A DNA stretch of 64,000 nucleotides, taken from the NCBI GenBank assembly GCA_027306655.1, contig DAHUZL010000143.1, positions 10,645-74,644 of the forward strand. The letters are read 5' to 3'. This DNA comes from Candidatus Dormiibacterota bacterium (GTDB taxonomy: Bacteria; Chloroflexota; Dormibacteria; Aeolococcales; Bog-877). A program made the translations under genes and the position numbers. This document shows positions 63,756 through 64,000 of this stretch, in pieces. The notes beneath the pieces are model-generated. The model did not search any database, was not told the DNA's origin, and worked only from the letters and a program-made list of their open reading frames with translations. How positions within the stretch are numbered: the stretch's first letter is position 1; every line of letters starts with the position of its first letter.

Positions 63756-63846
63756 AGAATCGACCGCTCGGGCTCAGCGCCGGGGCGGGCGGGGTTGAAT
63801 GGGGGCGCCCCCGGGGGGGCACCGCCCACGATGGAGGATCCCGGAC

Positions 63847-64000
63847 CATGCGAGCGATCGTCACCTGTGAGGGATGCGGGTACCGCCAGACGGTGGCGCG
63901 CCAGCTCGACCGGCCGGAGTCCTTCCACCTCATCTGCCACGGCTGCGAGCGCACGCTCCTGGTCAGCGTCACGGCCATCGACATGCGCACCGCCCGGGCC
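63847..64000 (+). CDS. Small zinc-ribbon-like protein (CxxC...CxxC), partial at window end
   Basis: ATG after GGAGGA RBS. MRAIVTCEGCGYRQTVARQLDRPESFHLICHGCERTLL..., no stop before window end. Confidence 0.4.

Noticed and set aside
1-64000. CRISPR arrays, rRNA genes, additional tRNAs
   Set aside because: No regularly spaced direct repeats, no rRNA-like conserved blocks, and no second complete cloverleaf were found by inspection. The tRNA-like 12927-12955 stretch is only a 3'-end fragment.

Overview
Very high-GC (~72%) chromosomal window from a Gram-positive-type bacterium; gene order best matches Actinomycetota. Nearly all housekeeping genes sit on the + strand in tightly coupled operons, with more than 20 four-nucleotide GTGA/ATGA start-stop overlaps. 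The core runs, in order: rpsA, clpC, a YacL-like PIN-TRAM membrane protein, ispD, ispF, cysS, rlmB, tRNA-Thr(UGU), then rel, hisS, aspS, an anti-sigma/sigma pair, alaS, ruvX, mltG, a prepilin peptidase, aroC-aroK-aroB-aroQ, efp, nusB, xseA, xseB, a PAP2-like gene, a tlyA-like gene, nadK, recN, scpA, scpB, rluB, cmk, a dinG-exonuclease fusion, a split nit+nadE NAD synthetase, rsmI, tatD, rsmA and an MFS transporter. Accessory content sits at 9.4-19 kb. A decayed ~3.5 kb integrative island lies at the 3' end of tRNA-Thr, bounded by a 29-bp direct repeat of the tRNA 3' end. It has low GC and carries an IS256 transposase remnant, an unusual lipoprotein/Imm_superinfect/DUF2510 membrane protein, and a hicAB pair beside an eroded extra hicA 3' end fused to the att repeat. 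Next come a second hicAB pair, several orphan secreted proteins (one 604 aa and cysteine-rich), a SIMPL lipoprotein and an SDR. At 19-28.6 kb a GntR-flanked catabolic operon (class-III CoA-transferase, CitE-like lyase, Liv-type ABC importer, HMGL-like lyase) is predicted to cleave a C5/C4 hydroxy-dicarboxylate. The most system-like novelty is a coupled actin-like ATPase plus bitopic membrane protein inserted between alaS and ruvX; a sigma factor that apparently initiates at CTG within a CTGA overlap is a separate small curiosity. No CRISPR array or rRNA gene was found. Several AT-rich TANNNT -10 hexamers stand out, some implying leaderless mRNAs.
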